From Candidatus Omnitrophota bacterium (GTDB lineage: Bacteria; Omnitrophota; Gorgyraeia; Zapsychrales; JANLHA01): DNA of 64,000 nucleotides. Shown one piece after another: positions 60,323 to 64,000 of the stretch; within the stretch, counting starts at the first letter, position 1, and each line of letters begins with the position of its first letter. Location of the stretch: positions 67,796 to 131,795 of the forward strand of contig JAKQKX010000063.1 in assembly GCA_029560465.1 (NCBI GenBank), given 5' to 3'. A program made the position numbers and the translations under genes. The notes beneath the pieces are model-generated. The model did not search any database. It saw only the letters and a program-made list of their open reading frames with translations, and was not told the origin of the DNA.

Positions 60323-61309
60323 ATGGATTTTCGCACATTACAAAAAAAGACATCCAGGGCGGCGGCCCGTTATGGCATGCTGTTTGCCTGTTTTCTGGTT
60401 GAGCACCTGCCCTTCCTCCTTGTGAAAGGGCTGCTGACCGTTATGCTGTCCGCCGCGTTCCGGTTGACGTTCCGCCTCAAGCGGATCGCCCGGGAGAGCC
60501 TGAAGATCGCGTTTGGCCAGGAGAAATCGGAAGAGCAGATCGAGCAAATTATCCATGACTGTTTCAAGACGATCCGTAAAGGGAGTATCGAGCTGTTGTA
60601 TTTCTCCCGTTACCCAGAAAGAGTGGGCACGCTGTTTACCATGGAAGGGAAAGAGCACCTGGATGCGGCGCTCAAAAAAGGGAAAGGCGCGATCATGGTC
60701 ACCGCCCATTTCGGGAATTTTCCTCTTATGATGCTGCAGATGGCGCAGAGCGGGTATGCCGTGAACGTGATCATGCGCCGCGCCAGGGATAAAAAGCTCG
60801 CGGATGTGATTTTAAAGATGATGAACCGGGAAAAGGTGCATACGATTTACACCCAGCCTCGCCGGGAATGTGTCCTGGAGTCTTTGAGGGTTTTGCGGAA
60901 TAATGAACTGTTGTTTATTTTGATGGACCAGCATTTCGGCAGCGAAGGTGGTGTTTTGGTGGACTTTTTCGGGCAGCAGGCAGCAACCGCTACGGGGCCC
61001 ATTGTGATCGCCAACCGCACCGGAGCCCCGGTCCTGCCGATTTTTAACGTCCGGCAGGAAGGCCACCAGCAGAAGATCTTTATCGAACCGGAGATGCCTT
61101 TGCAAGAATGCGAATCCGCCGAGGAGGCGGTCCGGGTGAATGTCATGGCCCTGACGAAAATTATTGAGCAGTATATCCGCCGGTACCCCCATGAATGGGG
61201 CTGGATGCATAAGCGCTGGAAAAAAATCCAGGATGACCCGGCCGGCGTGTCTGACCTGTTTGCCGAGAGAGAAGCGTTTTCCCGGGTGTCCTGCGGGAAA
61301 AGCGCTTAA
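60323..61309 (+). CDS. Lipid A late acyltransferase (LpxL/HtrB) family protein
   Basis: GKGAIMVTAHFGN, DQ..G..VDFFG, IRRYPHEWGWMHKRWK. Confidence 0.85.
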   Translation: MDFRTLQKKTSRAAARYGMLFACFLVEHLPFLLVKGLLTVMLSAAFRLTFRLKRIARESLKIAFGQEKSEEQIEQIIHDCFKTIRKGSIELLYFSRYPERVGTLFTMEGKEHLDAALKKGKGAIMVTAHFGNFPLMMLQMAQSGYAVNVIMRRARDKKLADVILKMMNREKVHTIYTQPRRECVLESLRVLRNNELLFILMDQHFGSEGGVLVDFFGQQAATATGPIVIANRTGAPVLPIFNVRQEGHQQKIFIEPEMPLQECESAEEAVRVNVMALTKIIEQYIRRYPHEWGWMHKRWKKIQDDPAGVSDLFAEREAFSRVSCGKSA

Positions 61310-61318
61310 GGAGGAAGG

Positions 61319-61504
61319 ATGTCTTTGGATAAAAAAATCAAGTCTAACAAGGCGGCGTTACTCGTGACGGGGTTTGCGGTCTTGATCGCGGGCATCATTA
61401 TGATTCTTGTCTGGTGGCAGGATGTGGTGAGCCTTTTTAAAGGGGCCGTCGGGATGGGGGTCGCCTTGGGGGGCCTGCTTCTTTTGTATATGGTGAAGGA
61501 ATAG
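61319..61504 (+). CDS. Small two-TM hypothetical protein
   Basis: RBS AAGGAGG, two hydrophobic helices, operon context. Confidence 0.65.
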   Translation: MSLDKKIKSNKAALLVTGFAVLIAGIIMILVWWQDVVSLFKGAVGMGVALGGLLLLYMVKE

Positions 61505-61560
61505 GGAACCACGCGTTTTGCCGCCGGCGCCAGGAAAGTCTTTTGAGGAGAAACAAAATC

Positions 61561-62220
61561 ATGATGACGATTAAATTGGTAATTTTTGATTTGGATGGGA
61601 CGCTGATCGACGCTTATAAACCCGTGGAACGCAGCATTAATTATACGATGAAGCAGTTTGGGTTCCCTCCGGTCAGCGCCGAGACGATCAAAAGGACCGT
61701 GGGCTGGGGGGACAGGCACCTTTTGCAAAATTTTATCGGAGAGAAGGACCTGGACACCGTTCTGGCGGTATACCGCAAACATCACCAAACGTCTTTAAAA
61801 AAGGGGTCTAAAACGATTCCGGGTGCCAAACGCGTTTTGAATTATCTCAAGCAACGGGGATATAAAATCGCGGTGGCGAGCAACAGGCCGACGGCCTTTT
61901 CCGATATCGTTATCCGGCACCTGGAATTGAAAGAGTATTTTGACTATGTCCTGTGCGGGGACCGGGTCCATCGGCCTAAGCCGTACCCGGACATATTAAA
62001 AACGATCATGCTGAAATTTGATATTTGTCCGGCAGAGTGCCTTTATGTGGGGGATATGACGATTGATATCCAGACGGGGCAAAGAGCCGGCGTGAAGACC
62101 GTTGCCGTGATCACCGGATCTTCGACCAAAGAGGAGCTGCAGGAATTAAAGCCGTATGCTCTGATCAAGGATATCCGGGAACTCATAGAGATATTGGAAG
62201 ATATTCACGGGACGGGTTGA
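61561..62220 (+). CDS. HAD-IA family phosphatase (phosphoglycolate phosphatase-like)
   Basis: FDLDGTL, ASN, KPYP, YVGD...D. Confidence 0.9.
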   Translation: MMTIKLVIFDLDGTLIDAYKPVERSINYTMKQFGFPPVSAETIKRTVGWGDRHLLQNFIGEKDLDTVLAVYRKHHQTSLKKGSKTIPGAKRVLNYLKQRGYKIAVASNRPTAFSDIVIRHLELKEYFDYVLCGDRVHRPKPYPDILKTIMLKFDICPAECLYVGDMTIDIQTGQRAGVKTVAVITGSSTKEELQELKPYALIKDIRELIEILEDIHGTG

Positions 62221-62345
62221 TGGGTGTGGGGGCAGGAGTTTTTTGTTGCTTTTTTTTGTATTCCTGCTATAAATGTAACTTTAAATAACTATTTAAGTTA
62301 AGAGTAAATCCTGCGCGCGGTATGACAGAGGAGGTGTTTTGAACG

Positions 62346-62426
62346 ATGAGCAAGAAAAAACGAAGAGGCAAGCTGAATTGGCGCTCTAAAAAAGCGAATC
62401 ACGGTACCAAACCCAATAAAGGATAG
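62346..62426 (+). CDS. Putative 50S ribosomal protein bL37 (26 aa)
   Basis: Strong RBS GAGGAGGTG; MSKKKRRGKLNWRSKKANHGTKPNKG* carries the KANHGxxPN signature of bL37. Confidence 0.72.
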   Translation: MSKKKRRGKLNWRSKKANHGTKPNKG

Positions 62427-62550
62427 TTGGCAGCCATTTTGACGGGATATCTGACTCTTCTTGAAGACTCTTTATTAAAATAATAAGGATGTCATTTTTA
62501 AAATAGATTTAAGCTTTTAGGAAACCGGTCAATTTTTATCAGGAAGGAAT

Positions 62551-62958
62551 GTGGTCATGTCTTTTAGTCTGGGCGTCAAAAAGACTGTTTCCGGAATTCT
62601 TCTGTGTTTCTTGAGTGTTTCGTTATACGGCTGTATTTATCTGGTCGTGGGGGGCGTTGGAGCCCTTGGCGGGTACGTTGTGAGCCCTGATACCGTGGAA
62701 GGCGTGATGAGCGGGGATTTCACGGAAGTCTGGGACCGGACGCTGGAGGTGGTTTCTGTTATGGGCATCATTCAGGAACAGAATGAACCCGGCGGGATTA
62801 TTATTGTGAATATTCAGGGGACCCGGGTTACCATCACTCTTTACAGCGTTTCGAATTCCCTGGTCAAGATGTCGGTCAAGGCCCGCAAAGCCTTTTTGCC
62901 GCGTGTCCGTGTTGCGCAAGATGTTTATGTGAAGATAGAGAAGTCCCTTTACGAATAA
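62551..62958 (+). CDS. DUF3568-like lipoprotein
   Basis: Lipobox LYGC followed by a glycine zipper (VVGGVGALGGY) and a small alpha/beta domain. Confidence 0.65.
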   Translation: MVMSFSLGVKKTVSGILLCFLSVSLYGCIYLVVGGVGALGGYVVSPDTVEGVMSGDFTEVWDRTLEVVSVMGIIQEQNEPGGIIIVNIQGTRVTITLYSVSNSLVKMSVKARKAFLPRVRVAQDVYVKIEKSLYE

Positions 62959-62981
62959 TTACCGTTCCTTGATAAGAATTG

Positions 62982-63010
62982 TTGACAATTAGGTCACTCT
63001 TATTTAAAAT
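62982..63010 (+). promoter_or_regulatory. Sigma70 promoter of tRNA-Phe
   Basis: TTGACA-N17-TAAAAT, 14 nt before the tRNA. Confidence 0.75.
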
Positions 63011-63024
63011 GTTGAAACTTGTGT

Positions 63025-63100
63025 GCCGAGATAGCTCAGTTGGTAGAGCGAAGGCCTGAAAAGCCTTGCGTCCCCAGTTCAATTCTGGGTCTCGGCACCA
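63025..63100 (+). tRNA. tRNA-Phe (GAA)
   Basis: 76 nt: acceptor GCCGAGA/TCTCGGC, D arm, anticodon arm AAGGC-CTGAAAA-GCCTT, T loop TTCAATT, encoded CCA. Confidence 0.97.
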
Positions 63101-63315
63101 TCTTTTTTATGAGCCGTCTTGTTATGCGGGAGGATTGAGCGCTTTGACAAGACGGTTTTTTTATCCCACCCGGACCTCGGCCCTTGGGGGTGGCATGGCG
63201 GAGATTTATTCCTTAATGATTGTTTCCTGCCAGCTCATCCATTACAATACAGGCAGGCGTTAGAAGTGGTCCCCTGCGCCCGTTGGCGTTTTTTTCTAAC
63301 CGAGGAAGCTTTCTA

Positions 63316-64000
63316 ATGCAGAACCAAGAAAGAAAGTCTTTGTTTGTTGACCGGGCCCGCGTGGTCGCCTTCGCCCTCATCGTCCTTTGGGGCGGGGCGG
63401 TTTATTCCAATTCGCTTCACAACAGTTTCCACCTAGATGACGATATTTTTATTGTCCATAATCCTGCTGTCCGTTCTTTGTGGAACTGGCCGGCGCTTTG
63501 GTCGAGTTTTAACACCCGTTTTATGACGGGATTAAGCTTCGCTTTCAATTACCGGGTGGGCGGGTATAAGGTCGTTGGGTACCATGTCGTTAGCCTTCTG
63601 CTCCATTTTATGAACGCGTTTTTGGTTTTCGTGTTCGTGCGCAAGCTGTTACAGACGCCTTTCTTTGAAGGCCGGGAATCGGCCGGCGCCAGCCCGCCGG
63701 CGGCTGTCACCGCCGTGTTGACCGCCTTGGTTTTTTTGATTCATCCCCTGCAAACCCAGGCGGTTAATTATATTTCGCAACGGGCGACGCTTTTGGCCGC
63801 GTTTTTTTACTTGCTTTCTCTCGCGTTTTATCTGAAATGGGCCGGGGCCGCTCACCGGGATTATTATTTCGCTTCCTTGACCGCGGCGGTTCTCGCGATG
63901 TTTTCCAAAGAACTTGCGTTTACCCTGCCATTGATGCTTTTTATTATCAACATGTTTTTTCTCCGCCGGCCGTATGAAAGCCTCCTGGGGGTTTTGAGGC
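63316..64000 (+). CDS. TMTC-like GT-C membrane glycosyltransferase, 5' part (runs off the window)
   Basis: Manual translation: YSNSLHNSFHLDD..IVHNP, YHVVSLLLH, IHPLQTQAVNYISQR, FSKE. Confidence 0.8.
   Translation, partial: MQNQERKSLFVDRARVVAFALIVLWGGAVYSNSLHNSFHLDDDIFIVHNPAVRSLWNWPALWSSFNTRFMTGLSFAFNYRVGGYKVVGYHVVSLLLHFMNAFLVFVFVRKLLQTPFFEGRESAGASPPAAVTAVLTALVFLIHPLQTQAVNYISQRATLLAAFFYLLSLAFYLKWAGAAHRDYYFASLTAAVLAMFSKELAFTLPLMLFIINMFFLRRPYESLLGVLR

Noticed and set aside
63025-63320. tRNA-Phe as an integration site
   Set aside because: I saw no integrase and no duplicated tRNA 3' end in the window.

Overview
Gene-dense bacterial chromosome window from a diderm organism (bamD, lptE, lpxL-like, lnt, murJ). 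The gene repertoire suggests the PVC group, possibly Ca. Omnitrophota, but this is inference only. Housekeeping genes include mnmG, thiS-thiG-thiH/thiF, speD-like, leuS, comEA-comEC, a membrane pyrophosphatase, an NSS transporter, holA, rpsT, a short uvrC, prfB, secA and tRNA-Phe. The most distinctive content is two related, putative beta-glucan loci. Locus 1 (1100-13998) has a GH94 phosphorylase, a sugar ABC transporter, a clan GH-A (GH158-like) glucanase, a CBM-like lipoprotein, a coiled-coil protein and LacI. Locus 2 (23848-31911) has a YtrA-type GntR with its operator, an ABC exporter, two GH158-like paralogues (one with the acid/base Glu replaced by Gln) and a degenerate zincin. Both loci carry copies of a ~125-aa Trp-rich TPR-like module (WALND...CWDPxGWFW), a candidate new glucan-binding domain. 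Several small ORFs missing from the ORF track were read by eye, including a 26-aa bL37-like ribosomal protein and a 35-aa MetS-like NSS subunit. Other oddities are a YfiR paired with a CHASE8 chemoreceptor, a PilT paralogue with degenerate catalytic motifs, and a prfB without the programmed frameshift. No CRISPR array, rRNA, integrase or transposase was seen. All family calls come from motif recognition by eye, not from database searches.
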